Source of the DNA: Pseudomonadota bacterium
Lineage (GTDB): Bacteria; Pseudomonadota; Alphaproteobacteria; Sphingomonadales; CAKZYD01
Length of the DNA: 64,000 nt
NCBI GenBank assembly: GCA_039814715.1
Contig: JBCCAR010000003.1
Coordinates: forward strand, 23,250-87,249
Direction of reading: 5' to 3'
Notes under the pieces: generated by a model
Told to the model about the DNA's origin: nothing
What the model saw: only the letters and a program-made list of their open reading frames with translations
The model's database searches: none
Translations under genes and position numbers: made by a program
In this document: one piece after another, positions 9,692 to 19,202 of the stretch
Position numbering within the stretch: position 1 is the stretch's first letter
Layout: each line of letters opens with the position of its first letter

Positions 9692-11473
9692 TCAGCCAGC
9701 CGCAGCGAGCGGGACAATACCGCCAGAGATAAACCGGTCGCGCGCTTTTGAGCGGCTCAGTTTGCCCGAGGATGTACGCGGCAAAGTACGCGGCGGGACC
9801 AGTTCAACTTGTACCGCGATGCCTGTTTCTGATTGGACCTTGCGGCGCACCTGCGAGCGCAGTTGCTCCTGGCTCTCGGGATCAGAAGGCCGGCATTGAA
9901 CGAGAACGGCTGGAACCTCTTCACCGCGCTCGTTGGTTAGAGATATGGCGGCTATATCGCCGCTGCGAAGGCCTGGGAGCTGCTCAACGGCCCATTCGAT
10001 ATCTTGCGGCCAGTGGTTGCGGCCGTTGACGATAATCATGTCCTTAATCCGGCCAACCACATAAAGGCAGCCATCCATCAAATAGCCCATGTCGCCGGTA
10101 TCGAGCCAACCATCAGGAGATAGAACGGCGCGCGTGCTTTCTTCATCATTAAAATAGCCACGCATAACAGCCGGCCCGCGCACAAGGACGCGGCCGATTT
10201 CTTTCTCGTCCATCGCGTCATCGTTGCTGCTGCGGATTTCAACTTCAAGGTCCGGAAGCGGTACGCCGCAGTTGACGACTGCTCTAAAGCGCTGGCTGCC
10301 ATTGGCATGGCCGTTTGAGCCGTTGGTCAGTTTCATTGCAGCGGGCTTGTGGCCGCCGTGAGAGATAGGTTCTCCTGTGAGGGCATCTTCCTCGACCATG
10401 TCGCACATGATGCCGCGCCCTGCAGGCATGAAGCTGACGGCTAGGACGCACTCTGCCAAGCCGTAGCTGGGCATAAAGGCTGCGGCATCGAAGCCAGCTT
10501 TGCCAAACTTGTCTGTAAAAAGCTGCATGACCTCCGGGCGGATCATATCGCCGCCATTGCCAGCCACCCGCCAGCGGCTCAAGTCTAGGCTTTCAACCAT
10601 GCTCTCATTGGCCCTGCGGGCGCAGATGTCATAGCCAAATGTTGGGGAGTAGCTGACCGACGTATCTTCATTCTCGCTAATGAGGCGAAGCCATTGCATG
10701 GGGCGCCGCGTGAAGCTCTCTGTGGCAATAAAGTCCGCCGAGACTTGGCAGGTGAGGCATGTTAGGAGCATCCCAACAAGGCCCATGTCGTGATAAAATG
10801 GCAGCCAGGAGACGATACGGTCGGTGGGCCTGAGTTGAACCCCGTGATAGCCCTGGCCATGACAATTGGACATGACGGCCTTGTGCGTCACCATCACACC
10901 ATGGGGGAAGCGCGTGCTTCCAGAAGAGTACTGCAAGTACGCCACTTGCTCTGTGTGGGGCGTGTCGAAAGTGGTTTGCGGCGCTGGGAGCTCGGCAAAT
11001 TCCTCATTCGTCCCGCAAAACACCATATCGAGCCCAACAACAGCATCGCGCAACAATTCGTCCATTCCTTCTGGCCCGATAACTGCCCGCGCGCCGCAGC
11101 TTTCCATTTGGCGGTGCAATTGATCGACATACCCTTCGCGTCCGCCAAAGGACGTAGGCAGCGGGAGGGGCACAGGTAAAATCGATGCATATTGGGCGCC
11201 AAGAAAGGCGGCTACAAAGTCTGAGCTTGTTTCTGCGATTAAGGCAACGCGGTCGCCAGCTGTCAGGCCAGCCGCAAACAGCTGCGCCGCAATCTTAAGC
11301 GCACGCTCCCGCAGCGCGGTGTATGTCGACACATCGACCAGATTGCCTTTAGCATCATAGATGTTGATGCCGCGTGTCCCTTTCGCAGCGTAATCGAGTG
11401 CTTGGGGTAGTGTGTCAAACGACGCAAATTTGCGTTCTAGCGTTTGATCGAAAGTTGGCGTTCGCTGTAGCAT
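9692..11473 (-). CDS. Fatty acyl-AMP ligase / acyl-ACP synthetase (adenylate-forming family)
   Basis: 593 aa. AMP-binding motifs YLQYSSGSTRFPHGVMVTH, GYGLAE-like SYGLAEC, TGDMGY and GRIKDMIIVNGRN. It is first in an operon with acp and spt. Confidence 0.85.
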   Translation of the reverse strand: MLQRTPTFDQTLERKFASFDTLPQALDYAAKGTRGINIYDAKGNLVDVSTYTALRERALKIAAQLFAAGLTAGDRVALIAETSSDFVAAFLGAQYASILPVPLPLPTSFGGREGYVDQLHRQMESCGARAVIGPEGMDELLRDAVVGLDMVFCGTNEEFAELPAPQTTFDTPHTEQVAYLQYSSGSTRFPHGVMVTHKAVMSNCHGQGYHGVQLRPTDRIVSWLPFYHDMGLVGMLLTCLTCQVSADFIATESFTRRPMQWLRLISENEDTSVSYSPTFGYDICARRANESMVESLDLSRWRVAGNGGDMIRPEVMQLFTDKFGKAGFDAAAFMPSYGLAECVLAVSFMPAGRGIMCDMVEEDALTGEPISHGGHKPAAMKLTNGSNGHANGSQRFRAVVNCGVPLPDLEVEIRSSNDDAMDEKEIGRVLVRGPAVMRGYFNDEESTRAVLSPDGWLDTGDMGYLMDGCLYVVGRIKDMIIVNGRNHWPQDIEWAVEQLPGLRSGDIAAISLTNERGEEVPAVLVQCRPSDPESQEQLRSQVRRKVQSETGIAVQVELVPPRTLPRTSSGKLSRSKARDRFISGGIVPLAAAG

Positions 11474-11666
11474 AGGCCTGCCTTGTTTTCGCTCTTTATC
11501 CGCAGGCCCTGCCAGCCGGCGTGTGTCTCAAACATGTTTAAAGCTATATCGAAACGCAAATAGTCCCGTCTCACTGTCTTTAAATTTGGTGTCTAAGTAA
11601 AAGAAAGCGTTCCTTTAATGTTTTTGTTGCTCTGACCTTGCCCCGCGAGAACGATATAAACATGGC

Positions 11667-11702
11667 AAAAAACAGGCAGCGCTCCGCCGAGGACGGAGCC
11701 TG
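11667..11702 (-). terminator. Intrinsic terminator downstream of the EamA gene
   Basis: On the minus strand: CAGGCTCCG-loop-CGGAG(CGCT)GCCTG followed directly by TTTTTT. Confidence 0.5.
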
Positions 11703-11809
11703 ATTAGCCACGCTTTCGTCTCGGCGCAAGACATTTAAGTTTTGTTACAGTCGCTTTGTCTTCTTCAAAGCAGCACAAAATATAGTGTTACGAGGTCCAT
11801 GGCCTTAGC

Positions 11810-12703
11810 TCATCCTGAGGCTGTAGGGTTTGGCTGGGCCAACCAAATAGCCATTAGAATTAGGGCTAGTGTGACCAAAATGTTCCACCCAATTGGATCG
11901 CCTAAGACGGCTGCACCAAGTAGAACACCGAAAACTGGTACACCGTAGTTTGAAGTAGCAGCGAAAGTCGCGCCGCGCCGCCTCACGACCCATAAAACAA
12001 GAATGGTCGCAAGCCCGGTTGGTCCGATCGCTAAGACAACGAGAGATATGATGGCTTGGCTGCTAGCATCAAACACGGACGTAATTTTTGCAAAGTCAGA
12101 TCGCAGCCCCATGGCCGGAAGGCACCAAAGGGTCCCCGTGATGAGGCTGCCGGCTGAGGAGCTCACGTCGGAGAAGGTGCGAAGAGACTTCATGACAAGG
12201 CCCGCTATAGCATAGCTGAACGCTGCAGCTAGCAATGCTCCACCGCCGACGCCCATAGTTTTGAAATCGAGGCCACTGCCGAACAGCACTAAGATACCGC
12301 TAAATCCAAGTACAACGGCGAGCAGGCGCCGTGTCGTCATCTTTTCATCTTGGGTGAGGAAATGCGCCAGAATCAGCGTTGAGATAGGGGAAAATGCCAT
12401 CAGCAAAGCTGCGGTGGCAGAATTGACGTATTCCTGACCAAGCGGCACCATAAAAAACGGGAAGGCAAAGCCGAAAAAGCCCAGCGCTGCGCACTTGGCC
12501 CAGTGCGCCGACGTTTTCGGGACGCCTGCGCCGGTAGCGAGGGCCCAAATCACAACAAAGATCGCAGCAGCGCCAATGCGCAAAAACGCAATCATTGCTG
12601 GCGAAAACTCTGGCAAAGCGAACTCAATAAGCACGAAGGCTGAGCCCCACATTGCTGTCAAAGCAGCGACAAGGGCGAAGTCAATCAGTGCTGCTCGTGA
12701 CAT
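11810..12703 (-). CDS. EamA/DMT-family transporter
   Basis: 297 aa, about 10 TM helices, duplicated EamA-like halves. Confidence 0.75.
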   Translation of the reverse strand: MSRAALIDFALVAALTAMWGSAFVLIEFALPEFSPAMIAFLRIGAAAIFVVIWALATGAGVPKTSAHWAKCAALGFFGFAFPFFMVPLGQEYVNSATAALLMAFSPISTLILAHFLTQDEKMTTRRLLAVVLGFSGILVLFGSGLDFKTMGVGGGALLAAAFSYAIAGLVMKSLRTFSDVSSSAGSLITGTLWCLPAMGLRSDFAKITSVFDASSQAIISLVVLAIGPTGLATILVLWVVRRRGATFAATSNYGVPVFGVLLGAAVLGDPIGWNILVTLALILMAIWLAQPNPTASG

Positions 12704-12770
12704 AGCAAACTCAATTAATGTAATGAGGGAGAGTGCAGTTCATGCTGCACGGTTTAATACGCGGGGCATA

Positions 12771-13352
12771 ATGGTCAAAGCGCTAGAGGCAAAGCAAAAA
12801 GCAGTGCGGCCTGTCACCGCTGAGCGCCTCCTGCGCGCAGCCATGCATTATCTTGGACGCTTTGAATCCAACCGGAAGCGCTTGGAAGAGGTGCTTGAAC
12901 GCAAAGTCCAGCGTTGGAGCGGACACCGCGATGTCGCAGCGTTTGCGCCGCTAATTGGCGAAACCGTGGAGCGCTGCGTTGCCTTGGATTTGGTTGATGA
13001 TGCGCGCTTTGCGCGAATGCGGGCGCAGGCGCTTTTAAGGCGCGGGAAAGCGCCGCGCCTGGTGGCCCAAGATTTAACTGCTAGAGGCATCGCAAGGCCT
13101 CTCGTATCTGATGTCTTGGCAGAATTTGAAATCAAGGATGAAAAGGCGGCCCTTGCGGTTTTAGCGCGCCGTAGACGCTTGGGGCTCTACCGCGGCGAAC
13201 GGCAGGCGCAGAAACAAGCGCTCGACCCGCGCAAATGGCGCGACAAAGAAATCGCTGCAATGGTGCGCGGCGGGCATAGTTTTTCGATGGCTGCAGAGTT
13301 TTTAGCGTTGGAAAGTGAAGCGGCTTTGGAGGAGTGGCTAAGCGACACTTAA
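12771..13352 (+). CDS. recX: Recombination regulator RecX
   Basis: RecX-like helical repeats (LLRAAMHYLGRFESNRKRLEEVLERK..., DDARFARMRAQALLRRGKAPRLVAQDLTARGI). The tracked ORF starts at 12495, inside the antisense EamA gene. I trimmed it to the in-frame ATG at 12771; 12723 is also possible. Confidence 0.7.
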   Translation: MVKALEAKQKAVRPVTAERLLRAAMHYLGRFESNRKRLEEVLERKVQRWSGHRDVAAFAPLIGETVERCVALDLVDDARFARMRAQALLRRGKAPRLVAQDLTARGIARPLVSDVLAEFEIKDEKAALAVLARRRRLGLYRGERQAQKQALDPRKWRDKEIAAMVRGGHSFSMAAEFLALESEAALEEWLSDT

Positions 13353-13930
13353 GGACATAACCGCCGTTGTGCTTCTTTGAGTGCCTGTGGTGTGTCGACA
13401 TCAAATACTACGCTGTCATCTGACCACTCTAGAATAGCAATATTGTCCTTGGACTGTAAGAGCACAGGCTTGGCGCCATCATCTCCTCCAAGAGCCAAGA
13501 GGTCTTTGAAATAAGGCTGCGGCCAATAAACAGGATGGCCTGGTTTGCCTTGATAGCTGGGTCGCCAGATGGCGCTCGGTTTTGACTGTGCTTTGCGCGC
13601 CAGGGCTGTGATCGTATCAGCGCAGATAAGCGGCATGTCGCCCAGTAACACAAATGCCGCTGCAGCGCCGTCCGCTTGCGCTGCCTGAATGCCAGCGCGC
13701 AAGGAATGTGCTTGACCCATATGGGCATCGCCCGCTCTTACGGATTTAACACTCGCTGGACAGGGCAGGGGCGTGTCGCCGTGAACGAGATAGACCGGCC
13801 CGATGTCGCTTGTAATCGCTGCGCCGAGCGCATGGTGAAAAAGGGGGATGCCGCCGACTTGCGCCAAGAGCTTGTTGTCATCGCCCATGCGCCTGCTCAG
13901 GCCGGCCGCCAGGACGACCAAGGCAATCAC
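13349..13930 (-). CDS. MobA/MocA-like nucleotidyltransferase (molybdenum cofactor cytidylyl/guanylyl-transferase family)
   Basis: N-terminal LVVLAAGLSRRMG..NKLL signature. 193 aa. Overlaps the upstream gene by 4 nt. Confidence 0.7.
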   Translation of the reverse strand: MIALVVLAAGLSRRMGDDNKLLAQVGGIPLFHHALGAAITSDIGPVYLVHGDTPLPCPASVKSVRAGDAHMGQAHSLRAGIQAAQADGAAAAFVLLGDMPLICADTITALARKAQSKPSAIWRPSYQGKPGHPVYWPQPYFKDLLALGGDDGAKPVLLQSKDNIAILEWSDDSVVFDVDTPQALKEAQRRLCP

Positions 13931-14952
13931 GGGTTTTCATCGTACTGTGTGGGACGGCGCAGCTGCGGCCTGGCTTCAATCTCTTTGAGCAGACCCCCAA
14001 CGCTCATCTCTGCCCAGTCTCGTGGGCTGATGTCGAGCCCCGCCGCGGTGCGTTCTAAGACCCAGTCAAAGCCATTAAGAGCGGGCGATTTCGCGCAGCC
14101 AGGCAAACCGATGATTGTGCTACGCCCAAGTTTTCCGAAGACAAGAAGATTGCCCGGGTCCGCGGCCATCCCGACCCGTTCTACCCGCCCACCTGCTAGG
14201 GAGATGGCAGCAGGAATAACATCGGCTTCATCAACCGTTGCTGATGCGCCAAAGACTAACAAAACACCATCGCCGCTGAGCGTTTTCGCTGTGCGTTCAA
14301 TCCAATTGGCGGCGGCCTGCGGTGTGTGCGGGCACTCGGCCTTGTCTGTTAGGTGTAGATTAACCCGCTCAATACGCTGCTTGGTGAAGCGAAGAATCTT
14401 GTCTGACAGCGGCTTGACCGCCTCCAGCGTCGTTTCCAGCAACGCACAGGGCCTATTTTCAAACGGCGCAATTGAGCAAAGCGCGCTTTGCTGAAGGACA
14501 TTAGAAGCACTCTCTAGTGCGGATCGTTGAACGGCGAAGGGGATGATCTTCACGGTGCCGACGAGATCGTTCTTTCGAACTGTACTAAAGGGTGACACCA
14601 TGGCGAGCGTGATTTTTGGGTCTGTTTCATTCAATGAAATCAGATCATTGCGGCTGTATATTAAGACGCCGTCGCACTGCGCGATAAGATTTGCGCGCCC
14701 GGTATGGGGCTTTTCAATGCCGACATGGTTTCCCGCAGCAGTTTCGGCAATCTGCAGGGCAGCGTCGTTTTCTAAAACATCGCCAGGTTCCTTTTGCCCC
14801 GCAAAAAGCGTGGGCGTTCCCGCCGCAATGACGGCGTCAATATCTGCTTGCGTCAGCCAATGGCCTTTGCGCAAGCGGTGTCCATCAATTGCAGTGCTGT
14901 GGCCAAGCATAAGGCCAACGCAGTCTGCCACGTTTCTAAACTGAAAGATCAT
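13927..14952 (-). CDS. Molybdopterin-binding (MoCF-biosynthesis domain) accessory protein
   Basis: C-terminal block VLLVFGASATVDEADVIPAAI...GMAADPGNLLVFGKLG...IGLPGCAKSP is typical of MoeA/MogA-type MPT-binding domains found in cox/xdh accessory clusters. Confidence 0.6.
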   Translation of the reverse strand: MIFQFRNVADCVGLMLGHSTAIDGHRLRKGHWLTQADIDAVIAAGTPTLFAGQKEPGDVLENDAALQIAETAAGNHVGIEKPHTGRANLIAQCDGVLIYSRNDLISLNETDPKITLAMVSPFSTVRKNDLVGTVKIIPFAVQRSALESASNVLQQSALCSIAPFENRPCALLETTLEAVKPLSDKILRFTKQRIERVNLHLTDKAECPHTPQAAANWIERTAKTLSGDGVLLVFGASATVDEADVIPAAISLAGGRVERVGMAADPGNLLVFGKLGRSTIIGLPGCAKSPALNGFDWVLERTAAGLDISPRDWAEMSVGGLLKEIEARPQLRRPTQYDENP

Positions 14953-15638
14953 TGCTGCGGGCTGCGCAGGGCCTGAACGATGTCTGCAGCAATGGATAGC
15001 GCAATCTCTGCTGGACTGCGCCCGCCAATATTAAGGCCCACGGGCGCGGAAATACGGTCAATGTTATTGGCTGTAAACCCTGCTGCGGTCAAGCGCTCCA
15101 CCCGCTTTGCATGTGTCCTGCGAGAACCGAGCGCTCCGATATAAAAAGCCTTTGATTTTAGAGCTGTTTGAAGCGCTGGATCGTCAAGCTTTGGGTCGTG
15201 AGTGAGTGTAATAATCGCGTCACGGTGACCGATAGTCATTTCACTAAGTGCATCGTCTGGCCAGTCATTGATCACATTCGCGCTTTCAAAGCGTTCCTGG
15301 CGCGCAAAAGCGCCGCGGGGATCAATAATGACTGTGCTGAACGAAAGCGCGCTGAGCATAGGCAGCAATGCTTGGCTGATATGCACCGCGCCGACGATAA
15401 TAATCCGAACAGGGGGATTGAAGGGCGTTAAAAAAAAGCGTGTGCCATCGAGGTCAGTGCTTTGTTGCTGGTCCTGCGAAAAAGCTTGCTGGGCTGCCTG
15501 CGCTAATGGCCCTTCCATGTTTTGAACGTCTTCAAACGACAGGATTTTATCACTGCCAGTGTCTTCTCTGGTCACAAGGCAAACGGCGGCGCCCTTCTGG
15601 CGCGCTGCTATCAGCTGTTTTAAGGTGCCGGGCGTCAT
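14949..15638 (-). CDS. XdhC-family protein, C-terminal Rossmann-like domain only
   Basis: 229 aa. RIIIVGAVHISQAL...YIGALGSRRTHAKR motifs of XdhC_C. Confidence 0.7.
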   Translation of the reverse strand: MTPGTLKQLIAARQKGAAVCLVTREDTGSDKILSFEDVQNMEGPLAQAAQQAFSQDQQQSTDLDGTRFFLTPFNPPVRIIIVGAVHISQALLPMLSALSFSTVIIDPRGAFARQERFESANVINDWPDDALSEMTIGHRDAIITLTHDPKLDDPALQTALKSKAFYIGALGSRRTHAKRVERLTAAGFTANNIDRISAPVGLNIGGRSPAEIALSIAADIVQALRSPQQ

Positions 15639-15970
15639 GATGCGGCGTCAATTGGCTCTACCAGAATTTCAATCTTCCCGCCGCAAGCAAGTCCGACCTC
15701 CCATGCTTCATCATTGGTTACGCCAAAAGAGAGCGTCTTCACGCCGCCTGTATTGACCAAGTCTAGCGCTTCGGCAATGACCGCGCCTTCCACGCAGCCG
15801 CCGGATACAGAGCCTTCAAACAAACCGTCACCGCGAATGGCGAGCATGCTCCCAGCCGGCCGCGGCGCCGAGCCCCACGTTTTTATAACAGTGGCCAAGG
15901 CAACTTTATGACCATCCTGGAGCCAGGCCTGAGCGGCCGAAAGCGGGTCTATTTGCGCGCTATCCGTCAT
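15635..15970 (-). CDS. XdhC/CoxI-family protein, N-terminal domain only
   Basis: 111 aa. ALATVIKTWGSAPRPAGSMLAI..DG...GSVSGGCVE motif. The stop overlaps the start of the C-domain ORF (TCATGA). Confidence 0.7.
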   Translation of the reverse strand: MTDSAQIDPLSAAQAWLQDGHKVALATVIKTWGSAPRPAGSMLAIRGDGLFEGSVSGGCVEGAVIAEALDLVNTGGVKTLSFGVTNDEAWEVGLACGGKIEILVEPIDAAS

Positions 15971-15982
15971 GAATGCTGGCCG

Positions 15983-16651
15983 CTAGAGTAGGAATATGAT
16001 GGCAAGCACAACAGCAACGGCCAGTGCGCCGCCCCAGACAAAGGCTGGAATGCCGCCGGCTGCTTCCGGTTCGGTTTCTGGCGTGATTTGGGTTTGCTGC
16101 GGCTCTGGCGCAGCTGCTGGTTCTTCTGTCACTGCTTCTGGCGCTGGCTCTTCCATCACGGCGGCCGGCGTTTCTGTCGGCGTCTCTGGTCCGTCAGCGG
16201 CCGCTTGGACGCTTGCTTCCACATGCGTTTTGAAAGCGGTAAAGAACTCGTCGGCATATTTTTTGGCAGCACCATCTATTAAGCGGCTGCCAATGCGTGC
16301 CAGCTGTCCGCCCACATTGGCTTTCACGCCGTAGGTTAATGTTGTGCCGCCACCAGCTTCTTCTAGCGATACGTCTGCACTGCCTTTTGCAAAACCCGCA
16401 GCGCCGCCTTTGCCTTGCCCAACCAGCGTATAACTATGCGGCGGGTTCATGTTCTCGAGGTCGACTTCACCTTTAAACGTCGCTTTTACAGGCCCAACAG
16501 CAGCCTTCACAGTAGCAGCGAAATGGGTGTCGCCGCTCTTTTCTAAGGATTGGCAGCCCGTGATGCAGGCCTTGAGGACCTCAGGATCATTCAGCGCGGC
16601 CCAAACAGCTTCCTTTGGAGCAGCGATATCTTGTTGGCCTGACATTTCCAT
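15983..16651 (-). CDS. coxG: CoxG-like SRPBCC protein with a Pro/Glu-rich linker and C-terminal TM anchor
   Basis: N-terminal MEMSGQQDIAAPKEAVWAALNDPEVLKACI... matches the CoxG family. The tail PETPTETPAAVMEEPAPEAVTEEPAAAPEP is followed by the hydrophobic segment IPAFVWGGALAVAVVLAIIFLL. Confidence 0.7.
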   Translation of the reverse strand: MEMSGQQDIAAPKEAVWAALNDPEVLKACITGCQSLEKSGDTHFAATVKAAVGPVKATFKGEVDLENMNPPHSYTLVGQGKGGAAGFAKGSADVSLEEAGGGTTLTYGVKANVGGQLARIGSRLIDGAAKKYADEFFTAFKTHVEASVQAAADGPETPTETPAAVMEEPAPEAVTEEPAAAPEPQQTQITPETEPEAAGGIPAFVWGGALAVAVVLAIIFLL

Positions 16652-16837
16652 GGGCGGCGTCCTTTCAGTGCGAATCCAGTGTATTTGCTCTGCTATAGCT
16701 TAGCACATCTCTAAAGGAAATGACGCTGGCGTGCATTGGCAGGGTTGATTTCACACGCAACTCCCACCTACAAGCAATTTCCATTCAGTATTCGATGGCT
16801 GGATACGCTTTTCACACACCGACGGGGGCCTAAAACC

Positions 16838-18451
16838 ATGGCGAGCGGTATACTAAAGTCAAACCCATATGCACGGAACTTTCTCGGTACCGCGCCGGAT
16901 TGGTACAAATTAACGATTCTAGGGTTTTTGCTCGTTAACCCGCTGCTTCTGTTTTTGGTCGGACCGTATGTGACGGGCTGGGTCGTCGTTTTAGAGTTTA
17001 TTTTCACGCTTGCGATGGCCTTGAAGTGTTATCCCTTGCAGCCAGGGGGATTGCTTGCCATTGAAACGGTAGCGCTCGGCCTAGTCTCTCCCTACACCAT
17101 CATGCACGAAATTGAGCTTGGATTACCAGTGATCCTGTTGCTCGTTTTCATGGTTGCAGGTATCTATTTCCTGCGCGGAATGCTGCTATTTGTCTTTACC
17201 AAGCTGATCACGACGATCCAGTCTAAGTGGTTGCTATCCCTCATATTCTCTGTTGCCGCAGCGTTTTTGTCTGCCTTTCTCGATGCATTGACGGTGACTG
17301 CTGTGATCATCACCGTGGCCGTGGGCTTTTACGGCGTCTATCACAAGGTTGCTTCTGGTAAGCTGTTTACTGACGCCCATGACTACCTCAAAGATGATGA
17401 GTTGCAGCAGCACCGCCGTCAAACGCTTGAGGATTTTCGCGCCTTTCTGCGGTCCTTGATGATGCATGCCGCTGTCGGCACGGCGCTGGGCGGGGCCATG
17501 ACGATTGTTGGAGAGCCGCAGAACCTATTGATCGGCGAACGGGCGAGCTGGCTATTTGCTGAGTTCGTCTTCCGGATGGCGCCGGTCACGGTCCCTGTCT
17601 TGTTTGTCGGCTTCATCACATGCGTTGTTTTGGAATTCACTGGCGCGTTTGGGTATGGCGCGAAGCTTCCGCCGGAAGTCATGTCGATTTTGAAAGAATT
17701 TGCCGACCACGAAGCAGAAAAGCGGACTGCGCAGGACAATGCTTCCCTCATCATTCAGGGCTTAACGGCTGTTTGGCTGATCATCGCTCTGTCATTGCAC
17801 CTCGCCGAGGTCGGGATTATTGGGTTGTCGGTTATCGTGATTGCGAGCGCGTTCACGGGCGTCATCAATGAGCACCAAATTGGGCATGCTTTTGAGGAAG
17901 CTCTGCCATTCACGGCATTGCTGGTTGTCTTTTTTGGCATCGTCGGCATGATCAATGAGCAGGGTTTGTTTAAGCCGGTCATTGAATATGTGCTCGGCCA
18001 AGAGGGCATCACCCAAATCATCAGCTTCTTTATTGCGAACGGCGTTTTGTCTGCCATCAGCGACAATGTGTTTGTGGCGACCGTTTATATTACTGAAGCC
18101 TATGAAGCGTGGACCGGCGGCAGGGTGGACCGCGACACCTTTGATCTCATGGCAGTCGCCATTAACACGGGCACCAACATTCCCTCTGTTGCAACGCCAA
18201 ACGGTCAAGCTGCGTTTCTATTCCTGCTCACTTCAGCCATCGCCCCGCTGATCCGTCTGTCTTATGTGCGCATGGTGTTGATGGCGCTGCCCTACACCAT
18301 AACCATGTCGATTACGGCGCTGCTGGCGGTGCGCTTTCTCTTATTGCCCGCAACGGATGTAATGTACGATATGCATCTGATCGAGCATCACACAGCGAAA
18401 GATGTGGAAACGGGCGCAGATGGTGCTGGCGGTCATGGCGGTGGGCACTAG
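16838..18451 (+). CDS. nhaB: Na+/H+ antiporter NhaB
   Basis: [24 protein letters not shown]...[24 protein letters not shown] closely parallels the E. coli NhaB N-terminus. The start is trimmed to ATG 16838, which has an upstream GGGGG. Confidence 0.85.
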   Translation: MASGILKSNPYARNFLGTAPDWYKLTILGFLLVNPLLLFLVGPYVTGWVVVLEFIFTLAMALKCYPLQPGGLLAIETVALGLVSPYTIMHEIELGLPVILLLVFMVAGIYFLRGMLLFVFTKLITTIQSKWLLSLIFSVAAAFLSAFLDALTVTAVIITVAVGFYGVYHKVASGKLFTDAHDYLKDDELQQHRRQTLEDFRAFLRSLMMHAAVGTALGGAMTIVGEPQNLLIGERASWLFAEFVFRMAPVTVPVLFVGFITCVVLEFTGAFGYGAKLPPEVMSILKEFADHEAEKRTAQDNASLIIQGLTAVWLIIALSLHLAEVGIIGLSVIVIASAFTGVINEHQIGHAFEEALPFTALLVVFFGIVGMINEQGLFKPVIEYVLGQEGITQIISFFIANGVLSAISDNVFVATVYITEAYEAWTGGRVDRDTFDLMAVAINTGTNIPSVATPNGQAAFLFLLTSAIAPLIRLSYVRMVLMALPYTITMSITALLAVRFLLLPATDVMYDMHLIEHHTAKDVETGADGAGGHGGGH

Positions 18452-18624
18452 TCACCCCGTCTTGGATGAGCCGGCGCAAAAACCTGAAAAACTGTGTCAT
18501 TTTGGCACTCTCAAGATGAAATACGAGCGCCTGCGAAAATGAATAAGGGATTAACGTTGCCTTATTTCCGCACTTCTGTAGTGTTGGAAGGCGCTTATTT
18601 GTAGCTATTGCGTAGGGGTATTTC

Positions 18625-19197
18625 ATGGAAGATCCGCAGTCCGATGCTGGAGAATCGGGCGAGGAAGAGACCTTTGAACTGACAGGGCCAGTTAAATGGT
18701 TCGATGCAGTCAAAGGCTATGGCTTTATTTCACCGCAAGATGACGGCGGGGATGTATTGCTGCATTTCTCGGTACTGAAAAAAATTGATCGCCGTACGGT
18801 GCCCGAGGGCACAACTGTGCGTTGCATTGTTGCGGAGCGAAACCGCGGCCGCCAAGCGATTGATATTCTCGATCTCGATCTCTCCACAGCGGTAACACCT
18901 GATTTTGAAGAGCAGTTCTCTCGTACGGAACGCAAACAGCGCTCCGTTGTGCGGGAAAGCGGAGAGTTCGTGCCTGCGACAGTCAAGTGGTTCAACCGGC
19001 TGCGGGGCTATGGTTTTGTGAGCCGCGAAGCTGATACGGCGGACATATTTGTCCATATGGAGACACTGCGCGAAGCGAACATCCTCAATGTAGAGCCTGG
19101 CGACCCAGTGTTGGTCCGCATTGCCGAAGGCGACAAAGGCCCGCTCGTTGCTGAAATTAAGGCTGATCACGATACGGATCGTGATGAAGAAGGCTGA
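18625..19197 (+). CDS. Cold-shock protein with two cold-shock domains
   Basis: Two CSD cores are present: [15 protein letters not shown] and [14 protein letters not shown]. The architecture resembles Caulobacter CspC/CspD-type proteins. Confidence 0.85.
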   Translation: MEDPQSDAGESGEEETFELTGPVKWFDAVKGYGFISPQDDGGDVLLHFSVLKKIDRRTVPEGTTVRCIVAERNRGRQAIDILDLDLSTAVTPDFEEQFSRTERKQRSVVRESGEFVPATVKWFNRLRGYGFVSREADTADIFVHMETLREANILNVEPGDPVLVRIAEGDKGPLVAEIKADHDTDRDEEG

Positions 19198-19202
19198 AGT
19201 CG

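Noticed and set aside
11474-11666. Near-DnaA-box TTATCCGCA and AT-rich tracts upstream of the sphingolipid operon, considered as a possible replication-related element.
   Set aside because: It is a single one-mismatch box with no cluster of boxes, no AT-rich 13-mer array, and no hemE/dnaA/parAB-type neighbourhood. It is most simply the operon promoter region.
12495-12770. N-terminal 92-codon extension of the recX ORF given in the track.
   Set aside because: The extension lies entirely antisense to the well-supported EamA transporter gene and encodes no RecX-like sequence. In-frame ATGs at 12723 and 12771 give a normal-length RecX.
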